This document shows positions 1-11,600 of a stretch of 64,000 bases of DNA, piece by piece. A model generated the notes under the pieces. That model had not been told where the DNA came from and made no database searches. It saw nothing but the letters and a program-made list of their open reading frames with translations. Made by a program: the position numbers and the translations under genes. How positions within the stretch are numbered: position 1 is the stretch's first letter; each line of letters begins with the position of its first letter. The DNA comes from Pristiophorus japonicus (lineage: Eukaryota). Location of the stretch: contig NC_091999.1 in the NCBI RefSeq assembly GCF_044704955.1, forward strand, positions 58,280,001-58,344,000, written 5' to 3'.

Positions 1-89
1 TCATGGCTGATCGGATCATGGACTCAGCTCCACTTCCCTGCGCTCTCCCCATGACCATTTATTCCCTTATCGCTCAAAAATCTGTCTAT
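1..89 (-). mobile_element. CR1 LINE 3'-end fragment
   Basis: Reverse complement resembles the CR1 ORF2 end/3'UTR seen elsewhere in the window (e.g. 12410-12500). Confidence 0.6.
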
Positions 90-374
90 GTTACCTCTTT
101 AACAGGGTCAATTTGTAAAGCGAGAGCAGTGAAGGAAACAATTAATGTTGTTCTGGCAGCTGTGCGGGAGCTTCCCATTAAAGGAGCTGTTTGCTGACCT
201 TTACCACTAAGCATAGCCGATAAAAGGGGGATGTAGACGGGAAGCGAGCCATGAAGGATTTGAACACAATGATGTGGTAAATTAAAAGAACTCCTTTAAC
301 CTCAATAAAATGGAGAGTCACTGGCAGGTTTGAGCAGAATGCGATGGCGCGAACACCAACAGGTAAATCATAAT

Positions 375-580
375 ACAAAAGCAAAATACTGCGGATGATA
401 GAATCTGACATAAAAAATAAAATGCTGGAAATCTCAGAGGGCCAGGCAGCATCTGTGGAGAGAGAAACAGAGTTGACCTTTCAGGTAGATGAACCTTCAT
501 CAGAACTGGCGATTGTTCCGAATGAAAAGATTCTTATGGAGCACTGAAAGGGGGAGGGGAAGAAAGAATAAAAGAGAAAC
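375..580. mobile_element. Shark interspersed repeat end, probably Penelope-like
   Basis: Motif ...aatgctggaaatctcag...caggcagcatctgtggagagagaaacagagttgacctttcagg... recognised from memory as a common chondrichthyan repeat; family assignment not verified. Confidence 0.45.
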
Positions 581-935
581 TAGGTAAATCATATTGCGTC
601 TGAAGAATTTTCAGCATCAGTCCTAAGCTGACCTTTCATAGTTTGAACTTGCGTCCTCAGGTTCTACTTCCGCGGTTTCATTTAAAGTAATAATCAGAGT
701 TAACTTTTTTATGCACTTCGCGATCTTGATAACCTGTTGGAGTAATTGCAGTCTGGAACTCGGGTGATGGTTGGAACATGCTAGTGTCCAATTATTTCAT
801 CATTCAGCTGCGAAACTAATCATTACAACGCCGTTACTGAGCAGTGAAACACGTTGCAGACGCCGCAGCATGAATTAACACTTTTGTCTGCATCTGATGA
901 TAATTTCAAAGAAAGGAGGAAGGGATCATTGGGTG

Positions 936-995
936 AAGAGATAGAGAGAGAGAGAGACAGAGAGAGAGAGAAAGAGAGAGAGTGAGAGAGACTGT
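936..995. repeat. (GA)n microsatellite
   Basis: Directly visible GA run. Confidence 0.9.
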
Positions 996-1143
996 GTATT
1001 TAGATATCTGCCGGTCTATCTGGTTAGTTATCTACCCAGCTATATATTATCGAGCGTTTTCGTTTTATTGTTTGATTTCTATTGTAACATCCCAATGCCG
1101 GGTCTTAGAGCTGATTCAGTGAGAGGTAATTAAATTCCATTGC

Positions 1144-1182
1144 TTGTTTTGTACGGACTGACTGCGCCCGTGCAGCAGTGTG
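1144..1182 (-). other. 23-RSS of TCR V pseudogene 1
   Basis: Minus strand: heptamer CACACTG (1182-1176), 23-bp spacer, nonamer ACAAAACAA (1152-1144), abutting the V exon end. Confidence 0.85.
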
Positions 1183-1608
1183 GGGGTCAGCGCAGAGTGA
1201 TGCACGGCAGATTCAGAGACAAGAGCCCCGGATATATTTAAAGGAACTGTTTACTAGTCTTGGTCCAAAGCAGCAGAAAATCATCCTGGGAAATCAGGAG
1301 ACCGCTTGCCGTACATGTTCAGTAAATATCTCGGATCTTCCCCGGGATATTGGAAATACCAGAAGAGAATTGGGGCAGTGTACGTTGCTGAGTAATTACC
1401 GTTCAGTTTTAAGGTCTGACCCTCCTGAATCATTACTTCAGACGGATGCTGGGACACTGAATCTTCGCCACTCCTTCCTGGAACAAAATACAGAATGTGT
1501 TAAAAGTCTGATAGTAAATATAACCCATGGAACACAAACTGACCCTTTAAACATAGACTCACCGGGCAGCATGGCAATTATTATCAGTAGTGAACATGGG
1601 GAACACAT
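1183..1608 (-). pseudogene. TCR alpha/delta-type V gene segment pseudogene 1 (leader exon 1608-1563, 85-nt intron, V exon 1477-1183)
   Basis: Leader MCSPCSLLIIIAMLP-G|GTGAGT; acceptor TTCCAG. V exon reads RSGEDSVSQHPSEVMIQEGQTLKLNGNYSATYTAPILFWYFQYPGEDPRYLLNMYGKRSPDFPG*FSAALDQD**TVPLNISGALVSESAVHHSALT. DSVxQ, LFWYxQYPG and (D)SAV(YYC)AL are TRAV/TRDV hallmarks. Three stops and both canonical Cys lost. Confidence 0.9.
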
Positions 1609-2513
1609 GGTGTCTAGTTTAGATTTCGATATACAATAATTGAATGTTTTAAATATGTTGCCGTTTTTGGTCTGATAATATAGAGCAAACCCAAATCAGC
1701 GGCAGTCATCATTTATTTCAAAACTGAGGTGCGTTTCTCAGGGCTTGGATTGGATGTTCTCTCAAATCCAACGCCAGCTGTGGATGAATCACTGTCAGTT
1801 GAGGACCAATTACTGATGGCTCCCTCCAAACTCTTTCCTTCCCAGTCAGTGCCTGTGTGTCTTTCTATCTGTCTCACACTCCTGCACCGTGTCTCTGTCA
1901 ATCGGACTGCGTTTCTGGCTTTGTATACCTTTCGGTCGACATCAATGTCTCTATCAATAGATATATAGATCTCGCCATAATTAAGGTGAAAAAGTAAATA
2001 ATTCCAAATTAATTTCAAGCCCTAGTATTAAAGAATTTCGTCCAATTCATCAGCATCATTAATAGTTACAGTCTTAAAGCCACTAGGACACGATAATAGT
2101 AAAACCGGGATACGATACCAGTAAAGAGCTGATTTCAATCAGTCACTACTTGTGGTATTAGCATCCCAGAAGCTCTGAATTTTCCCGCCCCCGAGGCCGA
2201 CTTAGAGATTAGATCGCTTTTGAAAGACGCAAATGTCAGATCTGCATCACCCAGGACTTTTACTTTCACAGATTGAGCCTGTTAGTAATCATAGAGATCT
2301 GCAGGGTTGTGTAGTACTGGAGTGGAAATGTCTGAATTTGATGGTACAATAAAATGCTAGAGATATTTCACGTTTCCCAACACTGACAGCAATGACTTTA
2401 ACTGAAGAAAAACTCTCGGATCAGGTTGTACTTTCACATTTATTTCCTCAACAAACTCTGTAGGATTCAATCGCTGGCATTTTTCCAGAGCCCACATTTG
2501 CTGACCTGTGCCC

Positions 2514-2552
2514 TGTTTATGCATGAGGCCCGAGGGATTCTTATTCACTGTG
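2514..2552 (-). other. 23-RSS of TCR V pseudogene 2
   Basis: Minus strand: canonical heptamer CACAGTG (2552-2546), 23-bp spacer, nonamer GCATAAACA (2522-2514). Confidence 0.85.
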
Positions 2553-2714
2553 GGTAATCGCACATAGTAATACACGGCACTGTTCCTGATCTAAATGCCT
2601 TTCATGGATAAGTGAAAAGTTCTTTGTGTCCGGTTGAGATTCCTGCTGAAGTGTTCAAATGCCTTAACTATCGGCTCCGATCAGATACTGGGGGGCTTGG
2701 TGGAGATACTGCAG
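2553..2714 (-). pseudogene. TCR V pseudogene 2, 3' half (FR2-FR3)
   Basis: Reads LQYLHQAPQYLIGADS*, then after a frameshift FSRNLNRTQRTFHLSMKGI*IRNSAVYYYVRL, followed directly by the 23-RSS. Confidence 0.85.
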
Positions 2715-3004
2715 AGCGGCAGTTGGTGAGAGGGGAGCGACCTATCAAAAGCCCAGCGGGAGATCGAGAGCCAGCGGCAGTTGCTGAGAGGGGAGCGACC
2801 TATCAAAGGCCCAGCGGGAGAGCGAGAGCCAACAGCAGTTGCTGAGAGGGGAGCGACCTATAAAAGGCCCAGCGGGAGATCGAGAGCCAACAGCAGTTGG
2901 TGAGAGGGGAGCGACCAATAAAAGGCCCAGCGGGAGAGCGAGAGCCAGCGGCAGTTGGTGAGAGGGGAGTGGCCTATTAAAGGCACAGCGGGAGAGCGAG
3001 AGCC
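2715..3004 (+). repeat. 58-bp monomer array (5 units) forming the CR1 5'UTR
   Basis: Units start at 2715, 2773, 2831, 2889 and 2947 (agcggcagttggtgagaggggagcgacctat..aggcccagcgggagagcgagagcc). Confidence 0.9.
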
Positions 3005-3192
3005 AGCGTACCGCTGCAGCTACAGCGGGAGAGAAAGCAAAATAGAAGTAGAAAGGAATCAAAAAGTGAAGTCACAGCCAATGGGGTAAGTGATTGGCTA
3101 GTGATTGGTGAGTAAATTTTCTTTTCTTTTTTATATCAGTAAGTGAACTTTAGCATTGTTATTACCAATTTAAGGGTATCTAAGGTTAAGAC

Positions 3193-4140
3193 ATGGCAGG
3201 AGAGCTCGGTCACGTGATATGCTCCTCCTGTACCATGTGGGAACTCGGGGACACTTCCGGTGTCTCTGGGCGCTACGTGTGTGGGAAGTGTATCCGCCTC
3301 GAGCTCTTGACGATCCGCGTTGTGGAATTGGAGCTGAGGGTGGATTCACTCTGGAGCATCCACGATGCTGAGAATTACGTGAGTATCACGTGTAGTGAGT
3401 TGGTCTTACCGCAGGAGAAGTGTCCACAGCCAGATAGGGAATGGAAGACCAGCAGGAAGAGCAGTGCAAGAAAGATAGTGCAGGGGTCCCCTGTGGTCAT
3501 CCCCCTGCAAAACAGATACACTGCTTTGAGTACTGTTCGGGGGGATGACTCACCAGGGAAGGGCAGCAGCAGTCAAGTTCATGACACCGTAGCTGGCTCT
3601 GCTGCACAGGAAGGCAGGAAAATGATTGGGAGCGCGATAGTGATAGGGGATTCGATGGTGAGGGGAATAGATAGGCGTTTCTGCGGCCGCAACCGAGACT
3701 CCAGGATGGTATGTTGCCTCCCTGGTGCAAGGGTCAAGGATGTCTCGGAGCGGGTGCAGGACATTCTGAAGTGGGAGGGAGAACAGCCAGTTGTCGCTGT
3801 GCACATTGGTACCAACGACATAGGTAAAAAAAGGGATGAGGTCCTACGAAAAGATTTTAAGGAGCTAGGAGCTAAATTAAAAAGTAGGACCTCAAAAGTA
3901 GTAATCTCGGGATTTCTACCAGTGCCACGTGCTAGTCAGAGTAGGAATCGCAGGATAGAGCAGGTGAATACATGGCTTGAGCAGTGGTGCAGCAGGGAGG
4001 GATTCAAATTCCTGGGGCATTGGAACCGGTTCTGGGGGAGGTGGGACCAGTACAAACCGGACAGTCTGCATCTGGGCAGGACCGGAACCAATGTCCAAGG
4101 GGGAGTGTTTGCTAGTGCTGTTGGGGAGGAGTTAAACTAA
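3193..4140 (+). CDS. CR1 ORF1p (N-terminal Cys zinc-finger-like motif + SGNH/GDSL esterase domain)
   Basis: Uninterrupted 315-aa ORF with CSSC...CGKC, IGDSMVR (GDS block), HIGTND and DSLHL motifs. Confidence 0.9.
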   Translation: MAGELGHVICSSCTMWELGDTSGVSGRYVCGKCIRLELLTIRVVELELRVDSLWSIHDAENYVSITCSELVLPQEKCPQPDREWKTSRKSSARKIVQGSPVVIPLQNRYTALSTVRGDDSPGKGSSSQVHDTVAGSAAQEGRKMIGSAIVIGDSMVRGIDRRFCGRNRDSRMVCCLPGARVKDVSERVQDILKWEGEQPVVAVHIGTNDIGKKRDEVLRKDFKELGAKLKSRTSKVVISGFLPVPRASQSRNRRIEQVNTWLEQWCSREGFKFLGHWNRFWGRWDQYKPDSLHLGRTGTNVQGGVFASAVGEELN

Positions 4141-4142
4141 TA

Positions 4143-7107
4143 TTGCAGGGGGATGGGAACCTATGCAGGGACACAGAGGGAGACAAAAATGAGGCAAAAG
4201 CAAAAGACAGAAAAGAGATGAGGAAAAGTGGAGGGCAGAGAAACCCAAGGCAAAGAACAAAAAGGGCAACTTTACAGCAAAATTCTAAAAGGACAAAGCG
4301 TGTTAAAAAAGCAAGCCTGAAGGCTTTGTGTCTTAATGCAAGGAGTATCCGCAATAAGCTGGATGAATTAACTGTGCAAATAGATGTTAACAAATATGAT
4401 GTGATTGGGATTACGGAGACGTGGCTCCAGGATGATCAGGGCTGGGAACTCAACATCCAGGGGTATTCAACATTCAGGAAGGATAGAATAAAAGGAAAAG
4501 GAGGTGGGGTAGCATTGCTGTTTAAAGAGGAGATTAATGCAATAGTTAGGAAAGACATTAGCTTAGATGATGTGGAATCTATATGGGGAGAGCTGCAGAA
4601 CACTAAAGGGCAATAAAAGTTAGTGGGAGTTGTGTACAGACCTCCAAACAGTAGTAGTGATGTTGGGGATGGCATCAAACAGGAAATTACGAGTGCATGC
4701 TATGAAGGTGCTGCAGTTATAATGGGTGACTTTAATATGCACATAGATTGGGCTAACCAAACTGGAAGCAATACGGTGGAGGAGGATTTCCTGGAGTGCA
4801 TAAGGGATGGTTTTCTAGACCAATATGTCGAGGAACCAACTAGCGGGGAGGCCATCTTAGACTGGGTGTTGTGTAATGAGAGAGGATTAATTAGCAATCT
4901 CATTGTGCGAGGCCCCTTGGGGAAGAGTGACCATAACATGGTGGAATTCTGCATTAGGATGGAGAATGAAACAGTTAATTCAGAGACCATGGTCCAGAAC
5001 GTAAAGAAGGGTAACTTTGAAGGTATGAGGCGTGCATTGGGTAAGATAGATTGGTTAATGATACTTCAGGGGTTGACTGTGGATGTGCAATGGCAGACAT
5101 TTAGAGACCGCATGGATGAATTACAACAATTGTACATTCCTGTCTGGCGTAAAAATAAAAAGGGAAGGTGGCTCAACCGTGGCTATCTAGGGAAATCAGG
5201 GATAGTATTGGCATACAAATTGGCCAGAAATAGCAGCGAACCTGGGGACTGGGATAAATTTAGACCTCAGCAGAGGAGGACAAAGGGTTTGATTAGGGCA
5301 GGGAAAATGGAGTACGAGAAGAAGCTTGCAGGGAACATTAAGGCGGATTGCAAAAGTTTATATAGGTATGTAAAGAGAAAAAGTTTAGTAAAGACAAACG
5401 TAGGTCCCCTGCAGTCAGAATCAGGGGAAGTCATAACGGGGAACAAAGAAATGGCAGACCAATTGAACAAGTACTTTGATTCAGTATTCACAAAGGAGGA
5501 CACAAACAACCTTCCGGATAAAAAGGGGGTCAGAGAGTCTAGTAAGGAGGAGGAACTGAGGGAAATCTTTATTAGTCGGGAAATTGTGTTGGGGAAATTG
5601 ATGGGATTGAAGGCCAATAAATCCCCAGGGCCTGATGGACTGCATCCCAGAGTACTTAAGGAGGTGGCCTTGGAAATAGCGGATGCATTGACAGTCATTT
5701 TCCAACATTCCATTGAATCTGGATCAGTTCCTATCGAGTGGAGGGTAGCCAATGTAACCCCACTTTTTATAAAAGGAGGGAGAGAGAAAGCAGGGAATTA
5801 TAGACCGGTCAGCCTGACCTCAGTAGTGGGTAAAATGATGGAATCAATTATTAAGGATGTCATAGCAGCGCATTTGGAAAATGGTGACATGATAGGTCCA
5901 AGTCAGCATGGATTTGTCAAAGAGAGATCATGCTTGACAAATCTTCTGGAATTCTTTGAGGATGTTTCCAGTAAAGTGGACAAAGGAGTACCAGTTGATG
6001 TGGTATATTTGCACTTTCAGAAGGCTTTCGACAAGGTCCCACACAGGAGATTAATGTGCAAATTAAAGCACATGGGATTGGGGGTTGTGTGCTGACGTGG
6101 ATTGAGAACTGGTTGTCAGACAGGAAGCAAAGAGTAGGAGTAAATGGGTACTTTTCGGAATGGCAGGCAGTGACTGGTGGGGTACCGCAGGGTTCTGTGC
6201 TGGGGCCCCAGCTGTTTACATTGTACATTAATGATTTAGACGAGGGGATTAAATGTAGTATCTCCAAATTTGCGGATGACACTAAATTGGGTGGCAGTGT
6301 GAGCTGCGAGGAGGATGCTATTAGGCTGCAGAGTGACTTGGATAGGTTAGGTGAGTGCGCAAATGCGTGGCAGATGAAGTATAATGTGGATAAATGCGAG
6401 GTTATCTACTTTGGTGGTAAAAACAGAGAGACAGACTATTATCTGAATGGTGACAGATTAAGAAAAGGGAAGGTGCAACGAGACCTGGATGTCATTGAAC
6501 ATCAGTCATTGAAGGTTGGCATGCAGGTACAGCAGGCGGTTAAGAAAGCAAATGGCATGTTGGCCTTCATAGCGAGGGGATTTGAGTACAGTGGTAGGGA
6601 GGTGTTGCTACAGTTTACAGGGCCTTGGTGAGGCCACACCTGGAGTATTGTGTACAGTTTTGGTCTCCTAACTTGAGGAAGGACATTCTTGCTATTGAGG
6701 GAGTGCAGCGAAGACTCACCAGACTGATTCCCGGGAAGGTGAGACTGACCTATCAAGAAAGACTGGATCAACTGGGCTTGTATTCACTGGAGTTCAGAAG
6801 AGTGAGAGGGGACCTCATAGAAACGTTTAAAATTCTGACGGGTTTGGATAGGTTGGATGCAGGAAGAATGTTCCCAATGTTTGGGAATTCCAGAACCAGG
6901 GGTCACAGTCTAAGGATAAGGGGTAAGCCATTTAGGACCGAGATGAGGAGAAACGTCTTCACCCAGAGTGTGGTGAACCTGTGGAATTCTCTACAATAGA
7001 AAGTAGTTGAGGCCTATTCGCTAAATATATTCAAAAGGGAGTTAGATGAAGTCCTTACTACTCGGGGGATCAAGGAGTATGGCGTGAAAGCAGGAAGGGG
7101 GTACTGA
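4143..7107 (+). pseudogene. CR1 ORF2 (APE endonuclease + reverse transcriptase), disrupted
   Basis: Fragments carry [32 protein letters not shown] and FADD. Stop at 4614-4616 and several frameshifts. Confidence 0.95.
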
Positions 7108-7204
7108 AGTTTCATGTTCAGCCATGAACCCATTGAATGGCGGTGCAGGCTAGAAGTGCTGAATGGCCTTCTCCTGCACCTATTTTCTATGTTTCTATGT
7201 TTCT

Positions 7205-7317
7205 ATACCAGAACAGGCCATAGCTTGTAGCCAATACAGAGTAACTGCAATTTATTGCTGAATCTGCACCCAACTCTGACCCGACTCCTTGGGACACAAA
7301 GTCTCCGCTAGTCATCC
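7205..7317 (-). pseudogene. TCR V pseudogene 2, 5' half (FR1-CDR1-WY)
   Basis: Acceptor TTTTCAG| then GMTSGDFVSQGVGSELGADSAINCSYSVLATSYGLFWY; joins in frame to LQYLHQAPQYLI at 2714 once the CR1 is removed. Confidence 0.85.
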
Positions 7318-7734
7318 CTGAAAATAAACAGCAGACACACAGCAGGTTAGACAGAGAAACAGATAGAGAAGAAGCACCCGTAGATGGAAACGAGAAGTTG
7401 TATGAGAATTGGAGAATCTTATAGAATGGTTCAAAATATCACAAACTCTTTTCAGGACAATAATCAGAGACAGGAAGAGTTTCACTTCAATTGTTCCAGT
7501 CTAAACTCCAGGAAAAAGAGACTGTCATCACTGCCTTTACCAGGCCTGAAGTGGAAAACTCAAATAGGACGGGGATCTTATCAGCTTGGCTGGGATTTCT
7601 TCTTCCCGCCCATTTTTACCTCTCTAAACAGCCACCACTGTACATAGAGATCATGATCTTTGTAAAGTGATCAGAGAGCTCACTCCTGCCGATCATACAA
7701 CTATGGCATAGTGCATTGGCAACACGGAAAAATA

Positions 7735-7900
7735 GACATACATATACACATACACACATGCACAGACAGCCGTACTCACACACACACATAGACATCCATA
7801 GACATATAGACATGCACTCAGCCACACATACACAGACACACACACACACACACACGCACACACACACACACACGCACATACACACACACAGACACATTAA
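7735..7900. repeat. (CA)n microsatellite, imperfect
   Basis: Directly visible. Confidence 0.9.
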
Positions 7901-8672
7901 TGTGCATATGCGCAGAAGGGCGACGTAGTACAAATAGTTAGTCTGTTCATGGGCGCCCTTAAACTGCTTGCATGCCCTGTTTTATTGGAGAGATTGCTGC
8001 TGCAGATCCCTGTTTAGCATTGTTTGGATCAGCAGGGCAGTGGGGCATGGTACTCTATTTCTGTTCCGACAGAGGGTTTCCAGGACCGCATAGCTTCAGA
8101 CTCAGGGAATGTAATGTGGAACCATCTCGCACTGCTCCTCATCATTATGTAAAATCCCTGTTTAAAAAAGGAGTCAGCCAAAAAGCAGAAAACTATAGAC
8201 CAATTAGCCTAACATCTGTGGTTGGGAAAATGTTGGAGTCCATTATGAAAGAAGCAGTAACAGGACATTTGGATAAGCAAAATTCGGTCAAGCAGAGTCA
8301 CCATGGATTTATGAAGCAAAATCATTTTTGACAAATTTGCTGGAATTCTTTGAGGATCTAACGAACAGGGTGGATAAATGGGGAACAGAAGATGTGATGT
8401 ATTTGGATTTCCGGAAGTCATTTGACATAAAAGATTACAGAACAAGATAATAGTTCAAGGGGTTGGGGTAATATATTAGCATGGATAGAGGATTGGCTTA
8501 CTAACAGAAAACAGAGAGTCGGGAAAAATTGTTCATTCTCTGGTTGGCAACCAGTGCGGCGCCGCATGCATCAGTGCTGGGACCTCAGATATGTACAATC
8601 TATATTAACAACTAGGAGGAAGGGGCTGAGAGTAAAGTATTCAATTTTGCTGATGATAAATAGATGAGAGGA

Positions 8673-11600
8673 AAACATAGAAACATAGAAAATAGGTGCA
8701 GGAGCAGGCCATTCAGCCCTTCTTGCCTGCACCGCCATTCAATGAGTTCATGGCTGAACATGAAACTTCAGTACCCCCTTCCTGCTTTCTCGCCATAACC
8801 CTTGATCCCCCGAGTAGTAAGGACTTCATCTAACTCCCTTTTGAATATATTTAGTGAATTGGCCTCAACTACTTTCTGTGGTAGAGAATTCCACAGGTTC
8901 ACCACTCTCTGGGTGAAGAAGTTTCTCCTCATCTCGGTCCTAAATGGCTTACCCCTTATCCTCAGACTGTGACCCCTGGTTCTGGACTTCCCCAACATTG
9001 GGAACATTCTTTCTGCATCTAACCTGTCCCGTCCCGTCAGAATTTTAAACGTTTCTATGAGGTCCCCTCTCATTCTTCTGAACTCCAGTGAATACAATCC
9101 CAATTGATCCAATCTTTCTTGATAGGTCAGTCCCGCCATCCCGGGAATCAGTCTGGTGAACCTTCGCTGCACTCCCTCAATAGCAAGAATGTCCTTCCTC
9201 AAGTTAGGAGACCAAAACTGTACACAATACTCCAGGTGTGGCCTCACCAAGGCCCTGTACAACTGTAGCAACACCTCCCTGCCCCTGTATTCAAATCCCC
9301 TCGCTATGAAGGCCAACATGCCATTTGCTTTCTTAACCGCCTGCTGTACCTGCATGCCAACCTTCAATGACTGATGTACCATGACACCCAGGTCTCGTTG
9401 CACCTTCCCTTTTCCTAATCTGTCACCATTCAGATAATAGTCTGTCTCTCTGTTTTTACCACCAAAGTGGATAACCTCACATTTATCCACATTATACTTC
9501 ATCTGCCATGCATTTGCCCACTCACCTAACCTATCCAAGTCACTCTGCAGCCTAATAGCATCCTCCTCGCAGCTCACACTGCCACCCAACTTAGTATCAT
9601 CCGCAAATTTGGAGATACTGCATTTAATCCCCTCGTCTAAATCATTAATGTACAATGTAAACAGCTGGGGCCCCAGCACAGAACCTTGCGGCACTCCACT
9701 AGTCACTGCCTGCCATTCTGAAAAGTACCCGTTTACTCCTACTCTTTGCTTCCTGTCTGACAACCAGTTCTCAATCCACGTCAGCACACTACCCCCAATC
9801 CCATGTGCTTTAACTTTGCACATTAATCTCTTGTGTGGGACCTTGTCGAAAGCCTTCTGAAAGTCCAAATATACCACATCAACTGGTTCTCCCTTGTCCA
9901 CTTTACTGGAAACATCCTCAAAAAATTCCAGAAGATTTGTCAAGCATGATTTCCCTTTCACAAATCCATGCTGACTTGGACCTATCATGTCACCATTTTC
10001 CAGATGCACTGCTATGACATCCTTAATAATTGATTCCATCACTTTACCCACTACTGAGGTCAGGCTGACCGGTCTATAATTCCCTGTTTTCTCTCTCCCT
10101 CCTTTTTTAAAAAGTGGGGTTACATTGGCTACCCTCCACTCCATAGGAACTGATCCAGAGTCAATGGAATGTTGGAAAATGACTGTCAATGCATCCGCTA
10201 TTTCAAAGGCCACCTCCTTAAGTACTCTAGGATGCAGTCCATCAGGCTCTGGGGATTTATCGGCCTTCAATCCCATCAATTTCCCCAACACAATTTCCCG
10301 ACTAATAAAGATTTCCCTCAGTTCCTCTTCCTTACTAGACCCTCTGACCCCTTTTATATCCGGAAGGTTGTTTGTATCCTCCTTAGTGAATACCGAACCA
10401 AAGTACTTGTTCAATTGATCCGCCATTTCTTTGCTCCCCGTTATGACTTCCCCTGATTCTGACTGCAGGGGACCTACGTTTGTCTTCACCAACCTTTTTC
10501 TCTTTACATACCTATAGAAACTTTTGCAATCCGCCTTAATGTTCCCTGCAAGCTTCTTCTCGTACTCCATTTTCCCTGTCCTAATCAAACCCTTTGTCCT
10601 CCTCTGCTGAGTTCTAAATTTCTCCCAGTCCCCAGGTTCGCTGCTATTTCTGGCCAATTTGTATGCCACTTCCTTGGCTTTAATACTATCCCTGATTTCC
10701 CTAGATAGCCACGGTTGAGCCACCCTCCCCTTTTTATTTTTACGCCAGACAGGAATGTACAATTGTTGTACTTCATCCATGCGGTCTCTAAATGTCTGCC
10801 ATTGCCCATCCACAGTCAACCCCCTAAGTATCATTCGCCAATCTATCCTAGCCAATTCACGCCTCATACCTTCAAAGTTACCCTTCTTTAAGTTCTGGAC
10901 CATGGTCTCTGAAATTACTGTTTCATTCTCCATCCTAATGCAGAATTCCACCATATTATGGTCACTCTTCCCCAAGGGGCCTCGCACAATGAGATTGCTA
11001 ATTAATCCTCTCTCATTACACAACACCCAGTCTAAGATGGCCTCCCCCCTAGTTGGTTCCTCAACATATTGGTCTAGAAAACCATCCCTTATGCACTCCA
11101 GGAAATCCTCCTCCACCGTATTGCTTCCAGTTTGGCTAGCCCAATCTATGTGCATATTAAAGTCACCCATTATAACTGCTGCACCTTTATTGCATGCACC
11201 CCTAATTTCCTGTTTGATGCCCTCCCCAACATCCCTATTACTGTTTGGAGGTCTGTACACAACTCCTACTAACGTTTTTTGCCCTTTGGTGTTCTGCAGC
11301 TCTACCCATATAGATTCCACATCATCCAAGCTAATGTCTTTCCTAACTATTGCATTAATCTCCTCTTTAACCAGCAATGCTACCCCACCTCCTTTTCCTT
11401 TTATTCTATCCTTCCTGAATGTTGAATACCCCTGAATGTTGACTTCCCAGCCCTGATCATCCTGGAGCCACGTCTCCGTAATCCCAATCACATCATATTT
11501 GTTAACATCTATTTGCACAATTAATTCATCCACCTTATTGCATTAAGACACAAAGCCTTCAGGCTTGTTTTATTAACACCCTTTGTCCTTTTAGAATTTT

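Larger units (their letters stand above)
2715..7204 (+). mobile_element. Full-length CR1 LINE inserted in TCR V pseudogene 2
   Basis: Tandem-repeat 5'UTR, ORF1, APE-RT ORF2 (stops and frameshifts), 3'UTR and (TATGTTTC)n tail ending at about 7204. The two flanks rejoin into a V exon. Confidence 0.95.

Noticed and set aside
1178-1639. 153-aa plus-strand ORF
   Set aside because: It is the antisense shadow of TCR V pseudogene 1; no protein motifs.
2715-3004. Regular 58-bp repeats (also the 53-bp array at 20294) as a CRISPR-like array
   Set aside because: Head-to-tail units without unique spacers, no cas genes, vertebrate context.
7620-7672. Possible leader exon of V2 (..SLCTVVAV*R-G|GTAAAA, minus strand)
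   Set aside because: Plausible position and phase, but two stops and no in-frame ATG; too weak to list as a feature.
7616-7933. Cys/Val- and His/Thr-rich ORFs
   Set aside because: Translations of a (CA)n microsatellite.
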